This document shows positions 1-8,800 of a stretch of DNA of 64,000 bases, one piece after another. The notes beneath the pieces were generated by a model. That model was not told the DNA's origin. It saw nothing but the letters and a program-made list of their open reading frames with translations, and made no database searches. The stretch's first letter is position 1. Every line of letters starts with the position of its first letter. This DNA is from a virus, in IMG/VR virus record IMGVR_UViG_3300042924_005659. One strand, 5' to 3'. The position numbers were made by a program, and so were the translations under genes.

Positions 1-37
1 TTAAGTCTGCTACGTCTGCCAGTTTCGTCATCAGGGC
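1..37 (-). tRNA. tRNA-Leu(UAA), 5' half, cut by the window edge
   Basis: The reverse complement GCCCTGA-TG-ACGAAACTGGCAGACGT-A-GCAGA-CT-TAA gives the acceptor 5' strand, a Leu-type D arm and anticodon TAA. Confidence 0.85.
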
Positions 38-98
38 GGGACAGGTATTATGGCTGGTCCTTAAACACATAATACCTGCGAGGCCAACACGACCTCAA

Positions 99-171
99 TG
101 CGCTCGGTGGGACTTGAACCCACGACTTACGGATTAAAAGTCCGCTACTCTACCAACTGAGTTACGAGCGC
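99..171 (-). tRNA. tRNA-Lys(UUU)
   Basis: Cloverleaf: acceptor GCGCTCG/CGAGCGC, anticodon arm GCGGA-CTTTTAA-TCCGT, T loop TTCAAGT. No encoded CCA. Confidence 0.97.
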
Positions 172-177
172 AACTTG

Positions 178-840
178 TCATTTACGCCGGGGCAGTACAT
201 ATGCACCTATGCCATCCACTCGATCCTTTGAAGTATAGGACCGGTATTCGACATCATGCATGTGTTTTGTAACTATGTCAAGCGATGGATTCCGAACATC
301 GTATTTTTCATCGACCGCCACCTTGGCGATCATATGATCGCATCTCGGTATGCCCAACGGAAAGTTGGCGTTCTTAATTCTGCACGGTCCACGCCACACC
401 CAGGTGTCCTGACAGTACTTGCCCAGGGGATCTAGAGACCAAAGGCCTTCGTAGGCAGAAGGTATCCATCGGGTGAGACAGAGAAACATGTCTCCAGTTA
501 CGTATTGGTCGAGTTCTTCCAACACATCAGGCTCTATCAGTATGTCTGAGTTTGCCAGAATGTACAAATCTTCCGTCGTACCCCGATTAGAATAATCAAA
601 GAAGTCCTGATAGGTCGGGCGAACACTTGATTCCGCGAGCCGTACACATCCAACTTTTTGTTTTCTAATTTCAGAAAAACGAACATAGGCCTCAGGAGTA
701 AACTCGCTAAAGAGCACTAATTCTGCGGTTGGATTGGATGAAAAACAGCTTCTGCTGTTTTTTGTCAAACACTTTCCAAGTTCGTCATAGCGATCGGGAT
801 TCGGACAGTCGTACCAGAATGGCGTCATAAAGTAAATCAT
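178..840 (-). CDS. Putative glycosyltransferase-like (GT-A-like) protein
   Basis: 220 aa. ILANSDI acidic motif followed by FLCLTRW, QDTWVW and GIPRCD, a pattern recalled from viral GT-like proteins. Confidence 0.5.
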   Translation of the reverse strand: MIYFMTPFWYDCPNPDRYDELGKCLTKNSRSCFSSNPTAELVLFSEFTPEAYVRFSEIRKQKVGCVRLAESSVRPTYQDFFDYSNRGTTEDLYILANSDILIEPDVLEELDQYVTGDMFLCLTRWIPSAYEGLWSLDPLGKYCQDTWVWRGPCRIKNANFPLGIPRCDHMIAKVAVDEKYDVRNPSLDIVTKHMHDVEYRSYTSKDRVDGIGAYVLPRRK

Positions 841-1184
841 GATTCAAAGACTATGGTCACATAGTCTGCCTTCTTAAGGACGATCTCGGTCCACCTAGGC
901 GCATTGATTTCCTTGGAGTTCTTGACCCCCATAAATATCGCTTTTCCGCAAACCTGGTAGCTGACTCCTCTGCATATCAGCATCAGCTTACTAGCCAGTT
1001 CGTTGTGTTTTCCAGGCTCGTCTTTTTCCGGCACAAACATCATCAGGCCATCTCCCAGGTCTATGGCCATCGGCCAGGATTCCAGAATAGACGGTATCTC
1101 TGCGGTGTTAATCGAGGTTCTCTCCACCTTTTGAACCGAGTCTTTGCCGGCGGGATGAAGTATGACTACTTCTAACTTTTTCAT
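837..1184 (-). CDS. Hypothetical protein
   Basis: The ORF track gives 837..1352. The internal ATG at 1184 (MKKLEVV) looks the more likely start. Confidence 0.5.
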   Translation of the reverse strand: MKKLEVVILHPAGKDSVQKVERTSINTAEIPSILESWPMAIDLGDGLMMFVPEKDEPGKHNELASKLMLICRGVSYQVCGKAIFMGVKNSKEINAPRWTEIVLKKADYVTIVFES

Positions 1185-1362
1185 CTGTGCTGTCCTACGA
1201 AGAAGGTGTCCAGAGTCTTGTAATACGCAGTCCAGAACAGCTTGGGCTGCATCCAATTTGGAGTGTGGGCCAGCCACCACTCCATTACGAATTCTATTTT
1301 TCTTAGCATTTGAAAAGGGCCTGGCCACTTTTGAAGTGTGACCAGGCCCCATGAAAGAGGAA

Positions 1363-1436
<74 letters not shown>

Positions 1437-1443
1437 TCCTTGT

Positions 1444-1983
1444 TTAGCTGCTGCAGAGTTCTAGGACTGGAGCCAGCTTGCCCCACTTGATTCTGCGCTT
1501 CAGGAACTTGTACAGGGCCCAGGTGACCCTGCAGTCCTGCATGCAGTAGGAAGCCATCTTAGGGGATTGACGACTCCAGTCAATAGGAGGTTTGTCCTTG
1601 TGCACTCCTAGTCTATAGCCCCAGGCTTCCAGAGAGTTAGACAACTTACGATCGGGATTCCGGATTCGTTTTTCCCGAAATCCATTTGGAAACATCGACT
1701 TAGCCCGACGGTAAGTGCAGAACACCCGGGGAGTTTTCAAAGTTTTCTGTGTCCAGGTCTGCAGAACGTTGACGTCGAACTCCGCATTATGGGCGATGAT
1801 CTCGTCTGCGGTGTACACCATCCACATTCCGAATGACAGATTGTCGCCTTCGAAGGTGTATTCGTATCCGGTGTCTGCATCAATGGCGCACAGGCAATGC
1901 AGCTTGGTAAGAGAGGATCGGTCTCCCTTGTTCCAGGCATTGAAGTCGATGGCGTTGGTCTCGGTGTCTATCACCAGCTTCAT
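1444..1983 (-). CDS. Stand-alone DnaQ-like 3'-5' exonuclease resembling the T7-type PolA proofreading domain
   Basis: ExoI VIDTET, ExoII AHNAEFD, SLEAWGYRLG, ExoIII YCMQDC. Confidence 0.85.
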   Translation of the reverse strand: MKLVIDTETNAIDFNAWNKGDRSSLTKLHCLCAIDADTGYEYTFEGDNLSFGMWMVYTADEIIAHNAEFDVNVLQTWTQKTLKTPRVFCTYRRAKSMFPNGFREKRIRNPDRKLSNSLEAWGYRLGVHKDKPPIDWSRQSPKMASYCMQDCRVTWALYKFLKRRIKWGKLAPVLELCSS

Positions 1984-2000
1984 GACGGTCCTTTCTTGAA

Positions 2001-2072
2001 AGCGGACGACGGGATTCGAACCCGCAACAGCTAGCTTGGAAGGCTAGCACTCTACCGTTGAGTTACATCCGC
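2001..2072 (-). tRNA. tRNA-Gly(UCC)
   Basis: Acceptor GCGGATG/CGTCCGC, anticodon arm CTAGC-CTTCCAA-GCTAG, discriminator U. Confidence 0.96.
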
Positions 2073-2172
2073 AAAAGCCGATTATTCCAGTTCGGCAAAC
2101 ACTGGCAGTACGCCTTGTCGTATGCTGCGCTGCAGGGCATCTAGAACCCATACAGACATCTTCAGGGCAGCC

Positions 2173-2523
2173 TTAGCCTCTTATAGCGGTCTTGTCGCAT
2201 GCCGCAGATGCATGCAGACCGGCCGGACTATCTGGATAGCTGAGCTCGGCATCTCCAGACGCATTACCCTCAGGTTGATGTTCGCTTATGTAGAACTGAA
2301 TTCTAGCGAATCCCGGCACCAGGCTTTCGGCCTGCCGATCCACCACTTTGTAGGAGAGGTGCTTTTTCCCTGCCCAGCACTTCCACCGGTACGGTTCGGA
2401 TATATAGTACCTGTGTGCGGAGAACAGCTGCCTGAACTGCCACAAGGCCTCCTCCAAAGCCTGTTGTTCTGTATCGAACAGCACTGGCCAAACCCATACG
2501 CCCATCTTCAGTTGATACTTCAT
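2173..2523 (-). CDS. Hypothetical protein
   Basis: The track start at 2553 lies inside the tRNA. ATG 2523 (MKYQLK) follows the tRNA 3' end. Confidence 0.45.
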   Translation of the reverse strand: MKYQLKMGVWVWPVLFDTEQQALEEALWQFRQLFSAHRYYISEPYRWKCWAGKKHLSYKVVDRQAESLVPGFARIQFYISEHQPEGNASGDAELSYPDSPAGLHASAACDKTAIRG

Positions 2524-2526
2524 GAA

Positions 2527-2624
2527 TGCACCCGGTGGGATTCGAACCCACATTATCCGGCTTATCTGGCCGGTGCTTTAACCTGATTATAAGGCAGGCT
2601 GCTTAACCATTTAGCTACGGGTGC
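2527..2624 (-). tRNA. Atypical 98-nt tRNA-Ile with two tandem anticodon arms (UAU and GAU)
   Basis: Perfect acceptor GCACCCG/CGGGTGC-A, D arm, T arm GTGGG-TTCGAAT-CCCAC. Arm 1 is GCCTG-CCTTATAAT-CAGGT; arm 2 is CCGGC-CAGATAA-GCCGG. Confidence 0.8.
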
Positions 2625-2631
2625 TAAAAGA

Positions 2632-3078
2632 TTAGCTAGGCTGCGAGGCTATGAACTCGCATTGGACCTGATGTATTTGCTGCGCTAGATGCTCTAGCTG
2701 CTGCAATACATAGGTCCGAGTTCTGAAACGGTGTGCTCCGGACAACTTAATGTCCAGAGCTGCCTTGGGGTAGTAGTTGAAGCTGAAGCAACCCATGCCT
2801 GTACGATAGTCACAGCTATGGGCGCAGTCAAACCCCAACTCCCAATTTCCATCAACAAGACTTGGTTCGCTGTAGGTGATCCCCCCGTGGACCTCGAACA
2901 TGTACTCCAAGGTCTGCTCTTTATCGTGCTTGATCGTCTGGAAGAGCCCGTGGTCTGCAGGAACAGTGAGATATCCGCAGTAATGGCCGAATGCGTTGAA
3001 GCTGACTCTACCCAGATAGATCCACTCTCTGCCGGCTGGATCAGTGTGCGTCACGGCAAAGGTTGCAACCGTGCCCAT
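2632..3078 (-). CDS. Conserved phage hypothetical protein
   Basis: GHYCGY...VHGGITYS...LGFDCAH pattern recalled from many phage proteins. Upstream SD AAGGAG. Confidence 0.7.
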   Translation of the reverse strand: MGTVATFAVTHTDPAGREWIYLGRVSFNAFGHYCGYLTVPADHGLFQTIKHDKEQTLEYMFEVHGGITYSEPSLVDGNWELGFDCAHSCDYRTGMGCFSFNYYPKAALDIKLSGAHRFRTRTYVLQQLEHLAQQIHQVQCEFIASQPS

Positions 3079-3116
3079 AAATGCTCCTTTTTGAGTGCGA
3101 AAGACTGTACTTAGTT

Positions 3117-3145
3117 ATTGTAACTAGGTATAGGCCTTTATTTAG
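3117..3145 (-). promoter_or_regulatory. Putative promoter of the tRNA operon (CTAAAT-N17-TACAAT)
   Basis: Same bipartite motif and exact 17-nt spacer as five other copies. Lies directly downstream of a terminator. Confidence 0.6.
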
Positions 3146-3150
3146 TTATG

Positions 3151-3183
3151 AAAACCCCCGTTAGTTTTGAGGCTAACGGGGGT
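3151..3183 (-). terminator. Rho-independent terminator
   Basis: 11-bp stem ACCCCCGTTAG/CTAACGGGGGT followed by a U run on the - strand. Confidence 0.8.
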
Positions 3184-3204
3184 CTAAGGATGCGTTCAGT
3201 ACAC

Positions 3205-3609
3205 TCAGTCTTTGGCTTTGGTGGGCTTGTTATCCATCATACTTAGTAGTTTGTCTACAAGCAAGTAGCCGCCTACTCCTCCACCGCCTGCTCCCACCAA
3301 ACCTCCCAAAGCGCCATAAGTAGCAACATCCTTTACTCTATTGCTGATATCGGTGCTTAGTCCGTACAACGCATTGGTAGTACCTGCTCCAAGAGCTGCT
3401 CCATTCCACGCACCCAAAAGAGCGCCTACGTCAGCACCTAGGCCTTTTGCAGCGCCTCTAAGTATCCTGGACATGCGAACCTTGTCCTCAGGAGCAGTCA
3501 GGCCGTGAGCCAACGCACTGATGGTAGTGGCTATCAAAGCCTGCTTGGTAAAGTCGCTTTGAGTCTGGTGTGCCTTAAGGGCCTGAAGATTGTTCGCCAG
3601 TTTAATCAT
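3205..3609 (-). CDS. Gly/Ala-rich glycine-zipper membrane-like protein with MIKLANNL leader
   Basis: 134 aa. GxxxG hydrophobic segments; KLA and KQA motifs. Confidence 0.75.
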   Translation of the reverse strand: MIKLANNLQALKAHQTQSDFTKQALIATTISALAHGLTAPEDKVRMSRILRGAAKGLGADVGALLGAWNGAALGAGTTNALYGLSTDISNRVKDVATYGALGGLVGAGGGGVGGYLLVDKLLSMMDNKPTKAKD

Positions 3610-4133
3610 TCTTCTTGTGCGTACATGTCCGGATTGAGGTAGGGCATCTCCAATCCGCTTGCTGCGCCTCCGCCTGCTCCAAGCAGAGCTCCAAGGCCAA
3701 GACCGATCAGGGCCTTATCTACTCCGGGAGTTCCGCCCTGACCTTCCATAGCATCAAGGCCTAAACCAGCCAGTGCGCCTATTGGAGCTGCTGTGAAGCC
3801 TCCCTTCAATGCGCCCATCAAAGCTCTTCTCAAATAGTTTGGTTTATCAGAACGAGTAATGATGTCTTCGTTTTCGTAACCCGCCAGAGCATTACCTAAG
3901 GCTCCGCCGACACCGCCAATTAAACCGCCTGCTCCTGCACCCAGTAAGCCCGTCGCCAATGCGTTCGGCACATTGCCAGACGAACCAGCTGCGCCAAGCA
4001 GAGCACCATATAGGCCTCCAGCTAAAGCTCCGCCGCCACCGCCAACTAGGGCGCCTCTAGCAAGACGCTTTTTATAATCTACTTCGCGAGCAGCCTGTTT
4101 AAATGAAGGAACGTAATGAGAGTATGGTGTCAT
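3606..4133 (-). CDS. Glycine-zipper membrane-like protein with MTPYSHY...KQAA leader
   Basis: 175 aa. Several GALxGGxxG helices. Start/stop overlap with its neighbour. Confidence 0.8.
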   Translation of the reverse strand: MTPYSHYVPSFKQAAREVDYKKRLARGALVGGGGGALAGGLYGALLGAAGSSGNVPNALATGLLGAGAGGLIGGVGGALGNALAGYENEDIITRSDKPNYLRRALMGALKGGFTAAPIGALAGLGLDAMEGQGGTPGVDKALIGLGLGALLGAGGGAASGLEMPYLNPDMYAQEE

Positions 4134-4146
4134 GCTTAATATCCTT

Positions 4147-5238
4147 TTATTGAGTTAGAGATGAATTATAGCTATTAGCGTTATTTCTAGCTAATGTGCC
4201 AGCTGGTGGCTTAGGCCCTAGAGTGGAAGTTAGTCCATAGTGCGTAGCAATTGGAGCAAAGTCATCTCCATAATAGTTTCTCATACTGGCATAGAATCGC
4301 GAGTTATTGACGGCGTCTTGCGCAGACTGCACCGCATTAGGAGAATATGCGGCAGTTGGCAATTGTGTCATAGCCTGCTGTACGGTTCCCTGTATAGCTC
4401 CAGGTATGGACTTTAACTGGTTTATGGCGCCGTAGCCCAGAGTCTTGCCTACAGCCCCTATAGGACCAGAGGATAAAACTTTGGCTGCTTCTGTAGCGGC
4501 AGTAAAGGCATTATGCGGTTTAGGACTGCCCATGGAACTGGCGAATCTTGCATCTATGGGATTGCTGCCACCTTGACGATATATGTAGTGGTAGGGGCTG
4601 GAGAGATATTCTTTTCCAGCGTGCAAAACTCCGCCCCAGCCCATCTTGTAGGCCAGTCTATATGCATCTTCAGGAGAGTATCCAGCGTCTAATAAAGACT
4701 GTATGGCCTCGACTTGGTAGTTATTTATATTCTGCACTGCTGAAGCCGCTGCACCAATAGTATCTCCAATTACTTTAGGTACGGTTAAAGCAGCAGCAGG
4801 ACGTGCTACAGTTTTAAATACTTGTCCTGCCCTAGCTGCCGTAGGCAGGGCATAGCGAGCAGCCCCTGTAGGCGCTGCTACAAAGCGAAGAGCATGTGGG
4901 GCTACGGGAGCTGCAAGGGCCAATCCTGCTCCTCCAGCTGCAGCTCCGCTGACTCCCAAAGACGCAGCTGCTGCATCTAACAGAGGGTCTTTATATTGAA
5001 GCTCTAGCTGATTTGGACCTGGTAGCGCGTTGTATACTCGACGTACAGTATCTACCCATGGGGAATCATCAGCATAATCTGAGCCAATACGCCCACCGGT
5101 CCAGTAGTGTGCTGCTCCACTAAATGGCTCTACCAGCTGAGAACCAAATGCCTTTACACCTTCCCATAAAGGATTCTCCTCCGCACGCTTGATGCGGAAG
5201 GAGTGCAAGGCAGAAAGATTGTTGGCCAACTTTATCAT
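4147..5238 (-). CDS. Ala/Gly-rich protein with MIKLANNL leader (putative virion/internal protein)
   Basis: 363 aa. Leader identical to that of 3205..3609; KRA motif. Confidence 0.75.
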   Translation of the reverse strand: MIKLANNLSALHSFRIKRAEENPLWEGVKAFGSQLVEPFSGAAHYWTGGRIGSDYADDSPWVDTVRRVYNALPGPNQLELQYKDPLLDAAAASLGVSGAAAGGAGLALAAPVAPHALRFVAAPTGAARYALPTAARAGQVFKTVARPAAALTVPKVIGDTIGAAASAVQNINNYQVEAIQSLLDAGYSPEDAYRLAYKMGWGGVLHAGKEYLSSPYHYIYRQGGSNPIDARFASSMGSPKPHNAFTAATEAAKVLSSGPIGAVGKTLGYGAINQLKSIPGAIQGTVQQAMTQLPTAAYSPNAVQSAQDAVNNSRFYASMRNYYGDDFAPIATHYGLTSTLGPKPPAGTLARNNANSYNSSLTQ

Positions 5239-5882
5239 TATTCAAATTTGTTGTATTTATCTATTATAGCTTTAAACTTAGGATTTTTCATGGCGCGCTG
5301 CTTGGCAACATGTTGGCCAGCCAGACTGCCTAGTAACGATGCCAAGCTTGCTGCAGCTCCACCCTCAAGAATTGGAGTAAGCGTCTTGCCAAATCTATCA
5401 TGACCAGCAAGATAGCCGGCGCCTCCAGCACCTAGTCCAGCAAGCAAAGCTGCAGTAATCCCCCAGTTTCTACCAGAGCGATTTATATCATTTAGCAGTT
5501 GCTTTTCTGTTTTATTAAAAGTATTTAAAGCAGCATCGACTCGTTCTCGCTCTTTGGAGAACAGATGTAGTTGGCCCAACAGTTTACCTATACCTAAACC
5601 TGCAAACATGCCGGCAGGCCCTGCAGTCAATCCACCTATGGCAGCACTAGGCAAACCGTAGGCTCCTTGATAAAGAGCGGTATCTCCAAGCTCCCACAGT
5701 CTTTGTTTGTTTAAAAGCGTAGGCCCAAAGAACTGCTGTTTAAGATCTTCGTATCCTCTGAACGGAGTTTGTTCGGGGCTGTGATCCTGTACCGCTACTG
5801 TTTCAAGTACATCTCCTGGCAGATGAGATAACTGAGCTACCTGTTCTACAGCTTTGGAGATGTTGTTAGGCTTCTTGGCCAC
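5238..5882 (-). CDS. Glycine-zipper membrane-like protein
   Basis: 214 aa. Two pairs of Gly-rich hydrophobic helices. Confidence 0.75.
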   Translation of the reverse strand: MAKKPNNISKAVEQVAQLSHLPGDVLETVAVQDHSPEQTPFRGYEDLKQQFFGPTLLNKQRLWELGDTALYQGAYGLPSAAIGGLTAGPAGMFAGLGIGKLLGQLHLFSKERERVDAALNTFNKTEKQLLNDINRSGRNWGITAALLAGLGAGGAGYLAGHDRFGKTLTPILEGGAAASLASLLGSLAGQHVAKQRAMKNPKFKAIIDKYNKFE

Positions 5883-5884
5883 GA

Positions 5885-8800
5885 TTACTTACCTAGTATC
5901 TTTACGGTATCTGTTGGGCTTAGCTCACCGCGATTAAACGCCTTTATGACATCGTCCTTGGTTTGGAAGACCTTGACGTTGTCTTTATCGGGAGCCTTTT
6001 TGCTAGCTAAATAAAGACCGTATAGGAATTCGTTCTTTATGAACGGCTGCGCTTGGAACGTAGCAGCGGACATTAGGTTACGGCTAGGCAGCATGCGCTC
6101 GTAGGCTTCGGCTACTGCCTTCTCAGAACTAGGTACGTGCAATCGCATCTGGTCTCCGTCGAAGTCTGCGTTAAAGCCTACGACTACGGAAGGAGACAAC
6201 CTTAGCGTACTGCCAGTGGTAAGCTTGGGGCGTGCTGCCATGAAGTTGTACTTGTGCAGAACCGGAGCACGAGTGATCATCACCGGGCGGCGTTCCATCT
6301 CCGAAAGCAAGGCTCGACGGGCCGTAGGAGTACGGCTCTCCACCTGCTTCATGGCTTCCAAGGGATTGGCTCCAGAAGCCACCAATGCCCTTACTACATA
6401 TGGACGGAAGACAGAGAAAGCCATGTCTTCCGGTACTCCAACGTGGTCCATGTCCAGCGAAGGATCAGGGGTAATTACAGCATTTCCTACGCCTTCTACC
6501 GTGGAGCTCAGTACCTTGCGCTGGAACATCGAGAACTTGGGATTGCTGCCCAGAATATGCCGAATAAGGCCGTTGACGTTCTTCTGCTTCAGCTTAGCGC
6601 TGGCAGGATCGGCAAGACCTACGGTTGCCTTTAACATCTTATACAGAGCCAGGCGCTCCTTGCCTGTAGCTTCCTGGCCCAGCTCAGACTGCAGCTCCTT
6701 CAAGTTGCCGTTCATGCTGAACAGCTCCTTGTATAGGTAGTTCATATCCGAGACCATCTGCATGTTGCCGGTATCGGTAATGGGTCTAAAGCGAGGAGGC
6801 AGCACAGGCATGTCTTCCCAGAGGAAGTCACTAGGCTTCAGCTTGCGCTTCTGCATTCCTTCCAGATATGAAAGCTTGGAAATAGCATTGCTGCGCTTCT
6901 GGCCCTTCGATGCCGTGATCTCCCGACGAGTCTGGTCTATCTCGTTGGGAATATCCAGAGTTGCAAGCTTGGCCTCCAAGCCCTGCATGCCCTTGATGCC
7001 CTTTACGGTCTCGCCTGAAACGACGGACTCAAAGTCCTTCTTGGTCAAACCAGTCAAGGAACGAACCACGTCCTCCATGACTGGATTGACCATCTTGGCA
7101 GCAAGAGGAAAGTGTCCGAATGAAGACTGATTGACTCCGAAGATCTTCTCGTCGAAGAAGCCGCCGTCATAGGCCTTACCGGTTTTGAAGTCTATATCTC
7201 GGAAGTCCTTTACTTCTCCTCCAGACATCTTCTTAACATCGGAGCCACTCATGCCATAGATGTTTACAGCTCCGCCTTGGCGTTCGACATTTACTCCAGA
7301 GCCCTTGAGCTGAGCTACGAACTTGTCCCAAACAAATGGAACGTTGACCGAAGGAACTGGAGTTCCGGTCTTGATAGCTCTCCAGTACTCGTCGTTCTTC
7401 TGGCCACGGATAAGTCGGGCGTCCTTCAAGACCTCGATTGCACCGTGGGCCAGAATGGCATTCATGTCAGAGATCGAGATGCGCTTGGCGCCTTCTTCTC
7501 CGCCCTTGACTGGAGCTTCTTCGGTGCTGTAGCCGCCGGTGTCACGAGCGCTCAGCTTCTTCTCTGCCTGGTGGTGCAGGTTCATGAAGTAACGAGTGCC
7601 GGTAAACACATTGTCTACATTTCGGTTCAACCGAGGATCATAGATCGTCTCGGTATCCGCCATGCCGGCTTTCTTCAGCTCTCGCTGAGCGAAATCGATG
7701 AAGCTCTCGTCCATGAACGCCGGAAGTTTGACGGGCTGCCCGTTCTTAGCGGCAATCTTGCCCATTGCGGCTTCCACGGCCTGCACAGGGTTAACGCGAG
7801 TGACAAGAGCCAGGGGATTATAGATGACTTCATACGAGTTACCGTCCTTATCCTTTGGCATGTCTGCGTCAGGAATAATAGTGGAAATTACACCCTTGTC
7901 TCCGTATCGACCTACCAGCTTGTCTCCAACGGACATCGGCTTGTAGGACTTTACCGCTACTTGGTATCCACTGCGAGTCTTGGTTACGTTGGTAACTACT
8001 CCTGGCTGGCTGTGGTCCCAGGTCTGAGCACGGTTGGTATAGCTTGGCCGAGCCTTCTTCATCAGGCCGAACGTATCAGACTTACGCTCACCTACGCCTA
8101 GGATAATAGGATCGCCAGGATTAAGCACGGTGCCCGGCTTGACCACACCTGTTGCGGAGTCAAGGTTCTTGAGCTGATCCTTGTTGTACTGGCCGGGAAA
8201 TAGAGATACAAACTTGCTAAAGTTGGCTTCGTAGTCGTCCTTGCCGTCATAGCCGACGGTGTACATGTGCTCGGAGGACATCTTCTTTGCGGCGGATTCA
8301 GACATTACCACGCCGTCTTCGAAGTTGGAGCCTCCAAGCTCCGGATCTCCCCATACCGTATAGGCCACCTTCAGATTGCGACCCATGGCCATTCTGCCCT
8401 GATCGTCAGAATAGTTGGACTTAGCCAACAGCTGTCCGGGCTTGATCTGGTCTCCGATCTTGACCATCGGAGTGTTATGGATATAGGTCTTGCGATTGAA
8501 CGGAAAGTTGTTGTACAGCTCGTAGCGACGCTTTTCCTTGCCGTGCTTTACTTCGACGTAGTCCGGAGTTACCGCAGTAACCAAACCGTTGCCGAATTCC
8601 GGCTCCGACTGTACTGCGCCAAGGTGAGGAACCAGTTGCTCCTCAAACGACTTGCCTTCCGGATCATTGGGATCTAATCCCTGTACCAGGGGCGCTTCGG
8701 CCTCCTGGACAGGTAACGCTTGGGTAAAGTACTTGGAGCCCATGAGCAGTCGGCCACCCTTGATTCCAGAAATACCTGGAACAAGATTGGAGTTGACGTT

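Noticed and set aside
2524-2553. N-terminal extension of ORF 2173..2553, and ORF 2303..2551
   Set aside because: These starts fall inside the tRNA T arm and translate tRNA sequence.
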